A stretch of 64,000 nucleotides of DNA. Source: Mytilus edulis. Lineage: Eukaryota. The stretch is taken from the NCBI RefSeq assembly GCF_963676685.1, contig NC_092344.1, positions 32,054,001 through 32,118,000 of the forward strand, read 5' to 3'. Positions 50,430-64,000 of the stretch are shown here, piece after piece. The translations under genes and the position numbers were made by a program. Each line of letters opens with the position of its first letter. Position 1 is the stretch's first letter. The notes below the pieces were generated by a model. It did no database searches. It was given only the letters and a program-made list of their open reading frames with translations, and was not told the origin of the DNA.

Positions 50430-53400
50430 TTATTTGTCCATTAGATTGCACGCCAGTATCCCATTTTCGTGTTAAGTGAGCTCTAAATCCAGGAAATAAT
50501 CCAATTCAGTATATTGTCTTAAACTTTTAAATCTCATGCGAGATGTCAAATGTTCAAACTTTGTTGTTTTTAAAACGTATTTATCAAAGTCAAACGACAA
50601 TCATTATATATTGTTTGGGCTATACAATTTGTGATTAAGGCTGGATCCAAGATGTTTGAAAGAAGCCGTAGTTCCCGATAATTGAATTCATACTGCCCAG
50701 CTTAGCGATGCCAAAAAAAAATTGGACGATTTTATACTAAAAATATCTATAGATAACGTGGAAAGCGTGAGATTTTCAAAATTATTTGGCTATCGAAAGG
50801 GGGAAGTACCCCTTACTCCTTTAACCCCGAATGCATTTTTAGGTATACATGGACAAAAACCTCGTCCTATGCATTATTATAGTTAAAGACGAAAAAGTAC
50901 TATTTGCTAAATGTATAAATGATATAAATTTCTGCCCACGTCAAATTATCTTGAATTAAATTATACAAAAATTACTAAAAACAAAATTTGTCGGTACACC
51001 TTTTTCATTCGGGTGTGTTGGAATCTACTTTTAAACGTTAAAACTTATATAAAAAAAATAACCCTCTCGCTTCGGATTTCTTAACTTTAACATTTTCATG
51101 CTTAATTTTTACTTTTTCAAAATGCATATTTTGAGAAGATCTGAAATATGGGTCAAGTGAAATGACAAAAAATGATGGGTGCATTTGATTACAAGTTGCT
51201 ATCTTACTTATTCCATTATAATATTTGTTTCAATAAAATTATTCAAATTTAATAACAAAATATTTAAAGATTTAAAAAACTAGTTAGGGTTAATTTTTAC
51301 ATTTAGTCTATATCAGCAAAAAATGCCTGTTCAAAGAGCAAAAAATGCATGCAGTGTATGTTATTTTTTCTAACACAACTGTTGTATATCCCATATTAGG
51401 ATCCTCGACAAAAGTTGTAAAATTTCATATCTAAATATATTTCTTTATATCGAAATTTTAATCAAATTTTATGGTAGTTCTTCAAAGACGCAGGGATTCT
51501 TTCTCCTGTAAAAGTTTAATCCACGGGGTATAAATCTGACATTTGTCGGAACTTAATGGATTTTAATATACTGCATAGTCCGAATTATAAAAAATTCATT
51601 CATGAAATAGTTATATTGGACTAAAAACTGCTGTTTCATGCCTTTTTAAAACAATTTTGCAAATCTGATATTTTTAAGTCAAAATTTTTCGAATGACATC
51701 GCTGACCATCATACCTGAATTAATTTGCTTTTAAAATACAACACATATTTTACTTCTAGCAGATGTTTGGTGCGTCTTGAAAAATAGTTATCTAAAGTGC
51801 AGTCCCGAGTATTCTGAAAATGAGTATTTGCGGTTAAATATTCAGAAATGCACAATTATATTTGTTTTTAAATACTTAGGAGTATGAAGTATAAACATAT
51901 TTAGCTATGTGTATGGTTATACTGATCATCAAATTAAGATTAAAATACATTAAAAATATCCCTGGCGTTAATAAGTTCTGGGTAATTGGTCCTACTTCAA
52001 AATTTCCTAATTTCAATTCAGAGTTTTGTGTTTTGTATAAAGAGCTGTCTATTGTTGCCGACTGCATGACTCCAGTAATGTACGGTTATCTTTGTCGTTT
52101 GGTAGCTGTTTCATTGACGCATATCCACATCTCCTTTTTCATCTTGATATACACGGAATTAGACATAACATGTTGATTGAGTGTATCAACGTGTTTCATC
52201 TACGCAAAATATTACTGTCCATAGAATCTGCTGTCGATTTTTGTCTTGTCATTTATCCATATTCGTTTCATTTATTTTGTTTTAGTTCATTCTTTGCGAC
52301 GGAATGCTTTATCCTTTGTTGTTCGTTTACATAAGTCATGTATATGCATAAAATAGTTATAAATCAATTAGTATATTTGGATAGCATTTACACGAGAAAA
52401 AAAAAGATAACAAAAAATCAAATCATTTATGACATTGAAAAGTGGATACTTCGAGTAATTGTTTAGGTCTACAGCCATGACAAGACATTGGGTGTCGATT
52501 ATATAAAGAGGGTTAATATGTTAGACCTTAATTTGAGGAACTGACTTCAATTATAGGTTCCCGGTGGACGTTGATCTGCTTCTTACATATATATTATGAA
52601 ATATGGCACTCGTTTTTGATGTAACAAAGCGTTTGGTTGTTCAATAAGAATTGAAATCTAGGCATATAGTAAAAAAATACTATTCAATGTTTTGGTATTA
52701 TTATTCATTATTTTTTACTTACATTATGCCAGGCGCATTTCTTAAGACGAATAGAAATATAATTAATGCATCTAACTCTTAACTTTGTCATTTCCTCGAA
52801 ATAAATTACCCCTTAATGTATAAATTAATGTGTGTTCTATTGGCAGACAAAAGCAGGCATTATTTTTTGCTGATACAGTTTTCAATCGACTTTCCAAAAT
52901 TAGACGACTTCAATAACTGTTTTGTTTGCGACTTGATTCGGCAATTCCGATAAAAGTTACTAAATTTACCGAATTTAAATTGTCATTTTTTTTTACCTCG
53001 GAAAGCTGAGGTTATAAGTTTTTCTAATCATAAGGACTACACATTTTGCTGTTAAGACAATTGAAGTTTTATTTGTTTGATATATATAAAGAGCGAGCTA
53101 TCGACTATGATAAGAACTTTATATGTCTTTTATAAATATATACAACATTAATAATATTGACTCTCTAAAACCACTTCCTTTGTAACTCTTTTTTTTATAT
53201 AAATACTAGTATTCAAGTACAAAATGGGCAAACTTTAACCTATAATGGTTTACTTTTTAAATTGTTATTTGTATGGAGAGTTGTCTCATTGGCACTCACA
53301 CCACATCTTCCTATATCTAAACATATGTTTCCTCCTATTTAAAAAAAAATATCATCAAATCATATACATGTATCATGCTAGCACATATGCATATTTTTTG

Positions 53401-54566
53401 TTTTATTTCAGCAAAATATAAATACCAGAGGTGATCCTGAAAATTCCGAAGTGCATGTAAAATACGAAAAGGAAGAACAGGTACTGCTATTTTATACAGC
53501 TCATCTCTCTTATTCATTTGAATTACTTATTTCTTAATAAAACCCTTAGAAGTTCTGTTGCTACTGCTCCTGATCTATGCGTCATTTTTTCCGTTTGGTA
53601 TCCTATAATTTGGATTGTAAAACGTAAGTGTATATGAACGAAAAAGTAGAGAATAGAACTTGACTTACGAACTATAAATGCAATGTGTCATGAAAGGCAA
53701 ACATGTACATGTAAAATAATGTTTCCACAGAGTGTCAAATGGTTGAAGGCAAATTAGTATCCCAAATAAATGTCGTTTTTTTATGTTTGTCTTTCCGACA
53801 TTTTTTCTCTTGATTATTTTCTCTTTTTGTATGTTCTCTCTTTGTAGAAAAGTATAGTGTCTATTTCTTTTTTTCGTTGTGAAAGAGATGGTATTCTTCT
53901 TTTTGCATTCAATAAATATAGAATTGTAGGCAGTTATTGTACAACGACGGCTAAAACGACTGGTGCATTTTGGCATGGTGTTACGACGACTAGTCAACCC
54001 TTGACAATAAAAATTCTAGGAATTGACTTTGGAAGTCACAGGCAGAATTTGAATATATAATTAATAATATTCTTGATGTTATAAATGATTCCAAATGTCA
54101 TCTTTTCTCCGCAGAAATGTGACAAGAATATCAAGTACGTTTGCTGATACGATTTACGGTCGTTACGGACTTTTTGAAAACGATTTTGGGGATTTATAGA
54201 CAGTACTGAATGACAAATAGGAAGATTTTAGGAAAATAAACGACTTGTATTAAACGGCACCAGATGATTCCATGCCTTGACATCTCATATTGGATAGTCT
54301 CGAACTTGTCTGGGCCTATAGAGAGTAGGCGTTTATGGTCGTTTATAAAGAAGTTCTATAATACAAAAACTCATCACTTTCCCGTTCATTTTGATGTTTT
54401 TAATGTTTTCGGTTCTTGTCCCCTTAATGACGATTTCATATTTCTGATAGGGTTACATTTCGAGAAACGTCTTTGACGTTATTTACTTTGCATGAATTGA
54501 AATTGATAACAGAATGCACGTATGATACATGTTTTAACTACTGACAAGTTATTACATTTTTTTCAG

Positions 54567-54596
54567 GAACACATACGAGCAGCACAAGTTGCACAG
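54567..54596 (+). CDS. Possible 30-nt micro-exon
   Basis: Strong acceptor ttttttcag and donor CAG|gtatgt; length is a multiple of 3 and the frame is open in phase 0 and phase 1. Confidence 0.45.
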
Positions 54597-54891
54597 GTAT
54601 GTCTTTCTTATACAGCTTATATTTACAGTCTACTTATAGTTATAACCGACTTATTAACCTTTCGATCCTTTTTTTAACATAATAATGTATTACATGAGTA
54701 GATATAAAAAGCTGACGTAATCGCATGAACTTTAAACGGAGCAGGAGTAGGTTTTTCGACATAATAAATATATCCTGCTAAAGTACTTGTACTTGTTGTA
54801 ATCGTAGCTTTTACCGTATAGGCAATCAGTCGACCGTCATTAATCAGTCAACAATCAGTTAACGGCCAGTCATCGATCAGTCAGGATTTAT

Positions 54892-55612
54892 ATAATAGTT
54901 TTTGAAAAACTGGTCATTATCGTGATATATGGACTGCCCACAGGACAGTGGTATTGACTAAGATAGTGATAATGACTGAGCCAAAGGCGGGGTCATTATC
55001 GCTGTCGCAGTCAATACTTCTGTCCTACGGGCAGTCCATGTATCACGATAATGACCAGTTTTTCAAGAACTATTATGTTTATTTCATTGAGAAACCATGT
55101 TTTGGAAAATTCGAATAAATTCTAAATGCCTAAAGCAAACTCGAGTAGTTTTACGATTTATATGGCACAGAGTGGAGACCAGTCGTAGTAATACTGCCAT
55201 TCATTTTAGTGCATTTTTTCAGTATATAATACTTAATCAAGTTCTCTTTAATTTTATAGTTAACGAAAACATATAATAAACAATTCAACAACTTAAATAT
55301 AATATTAAAATCAGGAAAATGTCTTATTAAAGATACATCTATCTAAACAGAGTAACCACGCCCCAGCAGTCATTAACAAAGAAACTACGCCCCAACGGTC
55401 ATTATCAGACGGAAACCACACCCCAACGGTCATTATCAGACGGAAACCACGCCACACCGGTCATTATCACGTAAAAGTTTGTTAACGACCGGTTTTCTGG
55501 TCCGTTTTGTTCTGTTAATGACCGATGGAATTTATTGCTGAAGAATAATGAATATAATGTGACCCCTTTTTATCCAATAAGAGCATCTTATTCTCAACCG
55601 ATATGAAATAAT
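54892..55612. mobile_element. Non-autonomous element with a long terminal hairpin (Crypton-like)
   Basis: 185-bp imperfect palindrome at 54892-55076, about 31-bp tandem repeats at 55355-55470 and ATAAT direct repeats at both ends. Absent from the paralogous segment at ~57000. Confidence 0.6.
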
Positions 55613-56104
55613 TTAAGTTATTTCTATTGCCGGATGACGGACCTGAATGTTTGACTTATCGGATGTATTATGTCATAAAAATAGTTGCTCTTGTATATTT
55701 CGGATTAAATCGATACGAAATGAACTTGTGTCTCAGATCGTTGATGTTATAATCTGCTGAATTTTTAATAGAACTTCTATTACTCTTAACACGCTAAAGT
55801 CTTCAATAGTATCGAATTTAATGTTTTCTGTTCAAATGAAACATCATAGATACTATATATTATATGCTTGAAATGAATTAAATAGTCTTTTTGGAAATCT
55901 GGGAAACGAACTTCATATGTAAATTTTATATTTTCAACGGGCTGAAATGATATGTCGAAATATAAAATCAATTGAAAAGAAATAAACATAATTTTATCAC
56001 ATTTGTTGTGAATTTGTTTGTTTTATATTTATGTTTTGTTTAATAACAATATGGGTTATAGTTTGCTCGTATGATACATTTTTTAACTTCTGATAAGTTA
56101 ATAA

Positions 56105-56683
56105 AGGAGTAGGTTCAGTAAGACCCCGTTTTGGCCCCAAAATATAGCAGTTTTAGAAAATTGTGAAAATGTAATCTTTAAGCTATATTTTGGAAAGTAA
56201 AATGCTTCTGCTACATAAATATGAGCTGTTTTTTGACAATACAATGCACAAATATCGCGTTCTTGAGTCATTAAGTCATGCTAAATTACCGAAATCTTCA
56301 AAATTTTAGCAGTTTGGTTAATTTTTAGACGGTTTCCGTCTAAAATGAAAGTGGCCGCATTCGTGTTCATTCATAATATTGAAATGTAAGTTGTATTTGA
56401 TGATAATACAAAACATATATAAAGGTTGAGGATGAACACGGATGCGGCCACTTTCTTTTTGACAAAAACGATCTGAAAAGTGACGTATTTTGCATATTTG
56501 ATAGATTTTTCATATTTAAGCTTAAATCAGAGCGTTTTTAATGACTAAATCAGTTAAAATCTTTCACATAAACTAATCGAATCAATTGAACTAGACACTT
56601 AAGTGTTTAAAAATTGTCCAAAAACTGTCGTTAGATGAATTTGAAATTTGAGGCCAAAATCGGCCCTTACCGGACCTACTCCT
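56105..56683. mobile_element. MITE with AGGAGTAGG TIRs
   Basis: AGGAGTAGGTTCAGTAAG..TTTTGGCC ... GGCCAAAA..CTTACCGGACCTACTCCT. Absent from the paralogous site at ~54552; flanks ATAA/TTTA are an imperfect TTAA. Confidence 0.8.
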
Positions 56684-58934
56684 TTTATTCCTGAACACGT
56701 TAGAGCACAAGTTGCACAAGTATGTCTTTCTCATACAACTTACATTTATAGTCTACTTATAGTTATATCCGATTTATTATTCTCACGATATGTTTTAACA
56801 TAACAATGTATATCAGCCAGTATATATAAAAGGTTGATATAATCGTATTAACTCCAAAATGAGCAGGATTAGATTAGTCGACAGGATAAATATATCCTGC
56901 TACAGTACTTGTAACCGTAGCTTTTACTGTATTAGCGATTAGTCCGTCTTTACAAATCATTCCACAATCAGTTTACAGTCAGTAATCGATCAGTCAGGAG
57001 TTAAAATCCTTTCTTTTGACGGACGAATGATCTGTATGTTCGACTGATCAAACGTATTACGTCACAAATGAAAGTTCAAGTATAGTTCGGATTTAAATTG
57101 ATGATAAATGAACGCATATCTCTGATGGTGATTAGCTGGCGAGCTTTAACATAATAGAACTGATTTAATGTCTTTCAGTATCTCTCCCCTTTCCCTTCAC
57201 ACCTCTCACCTAACTACTATTATATATAGGTCAGACATTCATTTATTAAAATAAATGTTTTTACGAGTTTGAGGAAGGAGGATATGTTGTGTTTTCGAAT
57301 AAGAACGGAAACATATTTATATTTTAGAGAACTAAATAATTAGAACATTTGAAAATGAATTTACGAAAATAAATCAGAGTAACACATATCGATTTATGAT
57401 GTAAAAATCCCCTTACTTTATTGAAACTGATTGGTCGGTAAGGAAAATGAATAGTTTTAACATTCGGTCTGGTGTGTTGTAAATAATTTAACATTTAATG
57501 TAGAATGTGACGCTAACTTATATAACAAGCTGAAATTTCTTTATTATATTGAAATTGATAGACTGTTTAATAAACCCTTAAAAAATGATTTGCTTCCAAG
57601 GACTTGTGTTTTTTTTTTGTTTTTTTTTTCATGTACCGGTACTACTCGTTCTGTTTCCTTAGTCGAATTAATATGCTTGAAGTGTACTTTTTTTTATTCT
57701 TTTGTTTAATCAATGCAGAACTCATGTATGTACCTTTTGTCTTTTCAATACACATATATATAGTGCTCATTATGTACCTATGTTCAATCAACGTACTTGA
57801 ACTAGTGCGCATTATGATCGGTTTGTCCATTCAATGTATAAATAGTTCACATAATGTTCCCTTTGGTCAATCAATGTACATGTAGTGATCATTATGTTCT
57901 AAACGTAGTGTTGGTTCTGTACATTTGTCAAATTATTGCACATGTTCCAGTGCTCACTCTGTCAACTTTGTCCAAATATAATGGCGTGATTATTCAGTCC
58001 CTTTGCCCAACCAATTTACACGTTGTTTGATGCACGATGATCTTTACTATCAAGAAGACCAATTAATATTTAATTGTAGTGGCTAACAGTGCAGACTGGA
58101 AAACTCTTCCTTATTTGGAATTTTCACATCTTTTTTTAAATTATTTTAATAGCAACTTAAATTGTATTAATTTTAAAAAAAAATGGGTTGAGAATAACTC
58201 CATAAGAAATAAAATGAGTAAATTAGTAAAAATGTTGAATAATTAACTCAGTATTACTCTTGTAACAGAAAGCCAATTTGCTGTTGCATTTAAAATTGAA
58301 TATTACAAATCTGGCAATCAACTTGCAGTTATAATGCCTAAAAGTTTGACCCTTTATTATATGAAAATGAAGTTAAGAATGAATTATGGGAGGTAACTCT
58401 CATTATGGGCATCATTATTTCAAAAATTGCCAGATTTTAAAAATCAACATACCTGTGAACTTTACTTGTTACTCTACATTGAGCAACTTTGAAAAGAAGC
58501 TCAGTTTTCAAACAAAACTGGTATAAAATATAAATCATGTTGAACAATTTATTTTGTCCAGCATTTCTATTGAAAATAAGTAGTTAGTCTATATCATTGT
58601 ATATGACTACGAAGGTAACTCGTTATTTCATACAAAGACTGAATATATTTTGAAGCTTTTTTTAGACAAATTTGGTTCTTAATTTAACAATATATTTACT
58701 ACATGTACAATGTTTTATTTGCAAGCACATATTGATTGAGTAATAATCTATCTTTACTATTGTCTGCCATATTGTTACAGTTATTTTTGAAACAATCTTA
58801 ATTATTTTAAGATAAACAACTGCTTTGTGAGAAATTGCACAGTAATATTCGATTTTGGAATTACTTTTAGATAATGGTCAAAATTTTAAGCGGGGAACAA
58901 TTTCAATATTGGTCAATAAAGCCGTCAACAAATA

Positions 58935-59000
58935 TTATAAAAATGAATGATAAAACCAATATTGTATTAGCAATATTGGTTTTATCATTCATTTTTATAA
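58935..59000. repeat. Perfect inverted repeat, 30-bp arms, 6-nt loop
   Basis: ttataaaaatgaatgataaaaccaatattg TATTAG caatattggttttatcattcatttttataa. Confidence 0.95.
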
Positions 59001-59264
59001 CATTTTTTTAACAAATCAAATAAGAAATGTTAGAATGTTATATATGCACCTTTTAAAAATAGGAAAGTAATTTTTGATGAAAAATAATATCTCACAAATC
59101 ATATTAAAAATATACTAAGAATAATTAGCAAAGTATACTAATTTATTAACATTTTACCTAATTGGAAATTACATTAACTTTGTAACAGCTGAATTATATT
59201 GAAAAAAGATCTAACTTTTTATCCCCATATCATTGAAAAATATTGTATTTTACATATCTATATT

Positions 59265-60200
59265 ATCTACAAATCCATGTCTTTTTCTTTGAATCAGTTT
59301 TTGTGAACTTGACACAAGGAAAATGATACCACATTTCACATTGATCACATCTAACACTTCTTTCATTGTATTTAGAGACATTTTCAGTATCTTTTATTAC
59401 ATTTTTACAAATAGGACAGAATTAAGTTTGTGTGTTTCATACAAATGTTTCAGCCTCCATTGATTCTGGTGACTGTTCTACAGAGTTTAATATAGGAATC
59501 AGTAGTTCTGGTAAAATACAATTTATAAAGAAATACTTCAAATTAGGAAATAACACATTATAAAAGCTTTCCACATCTAACACAATTCTTTGTTGTAAGT
59601 AGCCATTTACAGTAAAAGACAAACAAATTACACCATTTTCTGCCATTTATGGCTAACTTGCGTATAAAAAGAATGATTATGTTTAACAGAAAATGTATTA
59701 TTTTTATAAACACTATATCCTGGAAGATGACAGGAACAAAAACCAGTACAGTCTGAACATAAAGGTACACCAGGGCATTTTGATTCGATTTCTAACAATC
59801 CATCACCACAACAAGAACAAGATACTAAGAGGTCTGGTGTGGCAGATAAAAAACATTTATTTTGGTCTACAAACATTCAACATTTTCTGAAAGTCACATT
59901 TCTACGGGGTTTTTTTATAAATTGAAATATAGTTATCAACAGAAATAGGTTCTGTTTCACGACAATGTTTTAAAGATTTAATATTTGGGTGAACACTTGT
60001 GTATCCAATCACAATTTTAATTAAAGAATTGCAATCAACTGAAGATTTAGATTTAATAGAGTTAACTTTAGTAAAAATTTGATAAAATTTGGATGCTGTT
60101 AGTACAGCGTCCCTTTCTGAGTGAAAACTAATTACAATTATCATGTTGACCTACAGTAGATTTTTCAATAATAAAAAACACCTTATCATCTGTTAGTTTA
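59265..60200 (-). pseudogene. Decayed YqaJ/lambda-exonuclease + PHD finger ORF (accessory gene of an ISL2EU/Harbinger-like transposon)
   Basis: Across frameshifts and stops: STVGQ..., LTASKF, E.EP, FLSATPDLLVSCSCCGDGLLEI..CP, FYTQV, then CPICK...CDQCEMWYHFPCV...WIC (PHD). Confidence 0.8.
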
Positions 60201-60654
60201 GGTAAAAAAAATTAAAAAATCATAACATGATGTCTTTGATTGAAATTAGAAGTTATAAAATGCAATGTATAATTAGAAATAGGTAAATTATATGTTTCTG
60301 TTCTGGTGGGATCTTCTGTTTCGGGTCCAGTGGGATATTCTGTTTCTTTATGATCTTCTGTAATTTCTTCTGTATGATGTTCATCATGTTCATTAACATC
60401 ATCTTTTGGGTAATCCTGCATTAGAAAATATAAAGAGTTTCATTTATTACTTACTAACATGCTATTTGTATTTTTTATTTAAAAAAACCCTGCTACAAAA
60501 ATATCATAAATATATTAGAGCACAAAAATTTCAATAAAAATAAATTCTTTGGGTTCTTCGATTTGTTCATTCGTGTCATTCTAATAGTGTATAAGATTTT
60601 TAATTTTTAGACCTGCGTTTCAAATTGGTTTACAATGTGGTCCAAAGGGTCCAA

Positions 60655-61750
60655 TTTTTATACGACCGCAAAAAAATTGGGATTTTGGGGGTTATGGTCC
60701 CAACAGTTTGGGAATTAAGGGCCTAAAAGGGGTCAAAGTAAGAATTTTCTAGTTTCCAGAAAACAACTTGTGTGTAAGTGTATGGATCTTTCTGAAATTG
60801 TACCACAAGGTTCCATAGCAAAAAATTAAGGTTAGGGTTGATTTTTTGGGTTATGGCCAACTGTTTATGAATTAGAGGATTTTGGGCCCCGTTTTTAAAT
60901 TTGTCCATATTGAGGTTCAAAGGTCCAAAATTAAACTTTATTTGATTTCAACAAAAAATGAATTTATGGGGTTCTTTGATATGCTGAATCTAACTATGTA
61001 TTTAAATTTTTGATTTTTTGCCCCTTTATCAAATTGGTCAACATTGAGGTCAAAAGAGTCCAAATTTAAACTTTTTTTGATTTCATCCAAAATTGAATTG
61101 GGGTTCTTTAATATGCCGAATCTAAATGTGTATTAACATGATTAAGATTTTTAATTTTGGGTCCCGTTTCCAAACTGGTTTACATTCAGGTCAAAGGGTT
61201 CAAAATTTAGCTTAGTTTCATTTTAACAAACATTGAATTATTTAGGTTCTTTGACATGCTGAATTCAAACATGTATTGAAATTGTTGATCATGGGCCCAA
61301 TTTTCAAGTTTGTCCAAATTTTGGGTCCAAAAATTTCACTTTGTTTGATTTCAACAAAAAATTGAATATATGGGGTTCTTTGATATGCTAAATCTAACCA
61401 TGTATTTTTTTTTTGGGCCCCTTTATCAAATTAGTCCACATTGAGGTCAAAGGGTCCAAAATTAAAGTTTGTTTGATTTCATCAAAAATTGAATTCTTGG
61501 GATTCTTTGATATGCTGAATCTTTTCATAGATTTAGATTTTGGATATTGAACCATAATAGCTAAATTTAGAATTTTCAAGTTCAATTTGACTATATCCAT
61601 TCTGTGTCAGAAACCTATGCTGTGTCAAATATTTGATCACAATCCAAATTCAGAGCTGTATCAAGCTGGAATGCTGTGTTCATACTTGCCCCAACTGTTC
61701 TGAGTTTGAACTCTGCGGTCGTATCAAGCTACACCGTGCGGATCATTTTT
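60655..61750. mobile_element. Helentron-like element carrying a ~130-140 bp satellite array
   Basis: Inverted ATACGACCGCA (60660) / TGCGGTCGTAT (61714). Internal units tttgatttca..aaaattgaat..ggttctttgatatgctgaatct at about 60941, 61076, 61216, 61344 and 61472. Confidence 0.65.
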
Positions 61751-62204
61751 CTTTTTTAATTTCACAAAAAAGTGATATCTACGGTATCTTTGCTATGATA
61801 TATCTAACCATGTATTTAGATTTTTTTATATTGGACCATGTTCTATCCAATTTGACCATTCATTCAATGTCAAATATTCAATCACCATCCAATTTCAGTC
61901 TGAATCAAATTTTTTATGTTTAGTCAATTTTGTGTCAATACTTGCCCTATCTGTTAAGGGTTTGACCTCTGAATTCGTATCAAGTTGCAGAGAATTTATA
62001 TATTATTTAGATATAACCTTATACCAAGTTACGGATTAAGGGGGGTGGCGCAAACCGTGTCTCTATCCCCCCTCCCATTTTGATGAAATATCCTATTCTA
62101 ATGTACCACAATTTTGAGGTTAATACATATGCAAAACCAACGTATTCGTAACAAATATGTGATAATATTGTTTATCATATACTTAGACTAAAGAACATAT
62201 GATT

Positions 62205-62906
62205 TTTATTATATCATAATAGCATTAAATTAACGTAACTTCCATATTTTTCGAATTGGTGCTTAGCGGGCTGATATGAAAAGTTTATCACATACTTCGT
62301 TTGTTATCACATGCCTTTCCGTAACGTTATCGCATGGCATTCCGGTGATACTCGGCAAATTCCGGAAAATATACCTCAATGCTACGAAAAACATTACAAA
62401 ATAGTGTACAAAACAATTATTTGGATACTGGAAAGTATATTGTGTAAAATAATAATAAAAAATTAAAAAAATTAAAAAATATTAAATAAATGCAGTTTTA
62501 TAAGTTTCAAACGTAATTTAGAAAGTTATTTTAAAAAAGGTGACTTTTCCAAACAGTGTTCATTACGCATATTTTTGTCGATTCGTTTGATATTTTTCTT
62601 CTTTGTTGAGGCATATTATAGAAAGATTTCATATCGAATGTACTAAATTTGGGGTCTGACGTCCGTGAACTTTTCACTCTTTGAACTTCTATTTGGGAAC
62701 CACGAAAAAGAATAAATATATATGAATCTGTTATTTTTTCTCCATTGTTGAAGCATATGATAAAAAGATCATAACATGTCATTTTTCATATCGCATGTAT
62801 TATCAGCCCTCGGTCTATAAATGCCCTCGAGCCAGGCGGCTCTTGGGCTGATATTGAACCTAGGGCTGATAATACATGCGATATGAAAAAATGTCATGTA
62901 ATAATC
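62205..62906. mobile_element. Probable second hairpin-ended (Crypton-like) element
   Basis: 140-bp imperfect palindrome at 62767-62906 with a gagccaggcggctc apex; left boundary approximate. Confidence 0.45.
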
Positions 62907-64000
62907 TGATATTATTGTTTAACCATAAATTCTGTAAAACATTAAATAAAAGCATTTTGTTGAATCTCGTTGGTTATGACAAAGGTTTTTAAGAGTTACA
63001 AATGTATGCAGTTAAATTCTTTTTATTTAATTCGTTTCTTGTGTATGCCTGGTTGATACTAAATGATTTGCCAGACAAAATGTTTTAAATTTAACACAAT
63101 ACAATAATATATTTAACTGGAACATGTTTTGTAATTTGTCTTTGTATGTATGTGGATTATTTAAGTAGTTTATCCCTTTGATGTGTTATTCAAGAGGATG
63201 TAAAACGAACCTGACTTTTATCTGTTTTATTTCTTTGGATGCATGCTGGCAAGCAGTTTGGGTTTCATATCTTTCATTTTTTTGGCAACTACCCAACTGC
63301 ATGCTGATGATGTGCATGCCCCCATACTATATCTGTTGGATGATTCCAATTTGAAAAGCAGGCTGGCAACATAATTGCATGTTTGTCCAAGTCTGAAATA
63401 TCAATAAGTTGATCTTTAAGGCTATTTACATACATGTATATGAGAATTCTGAAATTGTCATATTGGTTATTTTATTGATAAATTAGAGCTTTGACTCCAA
63501 TTTCACGGTCCACTGAACATAGAAAATGATAGTATGATTGGGGCATCACTGCATCAGTGTACTATTGATACTTTCTTATTTTATTTATATCATATTTTTT
63601 CTTTGTTTGTTGTGTTGTGTTCACTAGTTCGACTTTTTCTACATTTGTCATTTGTGAGTTTTTATAGTTCGACTTGTTGTATTGATTAGAATCATTTTTG
63701 AAGGCCATATAGCTTGTCCTATATATGTGTATCTCTACATCCTGTCATCTCCCGTGTACACCGCATCTTCTTATTTCTTATTTTAATACAAATGTGTGTG
63801 TATATCTTAGACTTGTTTATATATATATATATACAAGTCTTAATTGAATACTACGTTCAAACCTATGATCGCTTTAGAGAAAAACTGCAATTTTTATACG
63901 TTTGCATGTAAAACAAATTTCGTTGCAGAAGGGTCTAAATACAGCACAAACAACATTTTCAAAAAGACCAAAAAAGTGAAAATAGTATATAGTAATATGG

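Noticed and set aside
49516-50479. 311-aa and 309-aa ORFs
   Set aside because: Artefacts of the N gap.

Overview
AT-rich, intron-containing animal genomic DNA, not prokaryotic. The repeat families and gene types point to a bivalve, most likely Mytilus (inference). Two host genes face away from each other. (i) On the minus strand are three coding exons of a 2'-5'-oligoadenylate synthetase (OAS; GGSIGKGT...SDVD...EVDIMP), which I assembled by hand from splice sites; the gene probably continues off the left edge. (ii) On the plus strand is a multi-exon gene (ATG at 24634) with two tandem DZIP3-type HEPN domains, the first lacking and the second retaining RxxxxH, followed by further phase-compatible exons to at least 46 kb. 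A 16-kb intron of this gene holds an apparently intact 3518-bp Kolobok-type DNA transposon (39213-42730). It has a TTAA TSD, AGGCCAGGG TIRs, a 532-aa DDE transposase and a divergent 193-aa KolX/P2X7-ballast-like ORF. Three near-identical 3025-bp tandem units precede it, each made of host intron plus a truncated left part of the element, and their SNP pattern records unequal crossovers. The rest is repeat-rich: Penelope-like RT fragments, hammerhead-like motifs, a CACTA non-autonomous element, TTAA MITEs, Helentron-like elements, long-hairpin Crypton-like elements, a decayed YqaJ+PHD ORF, minisatellites and an 863-N gap. Most short ORFs in the track are spurious.
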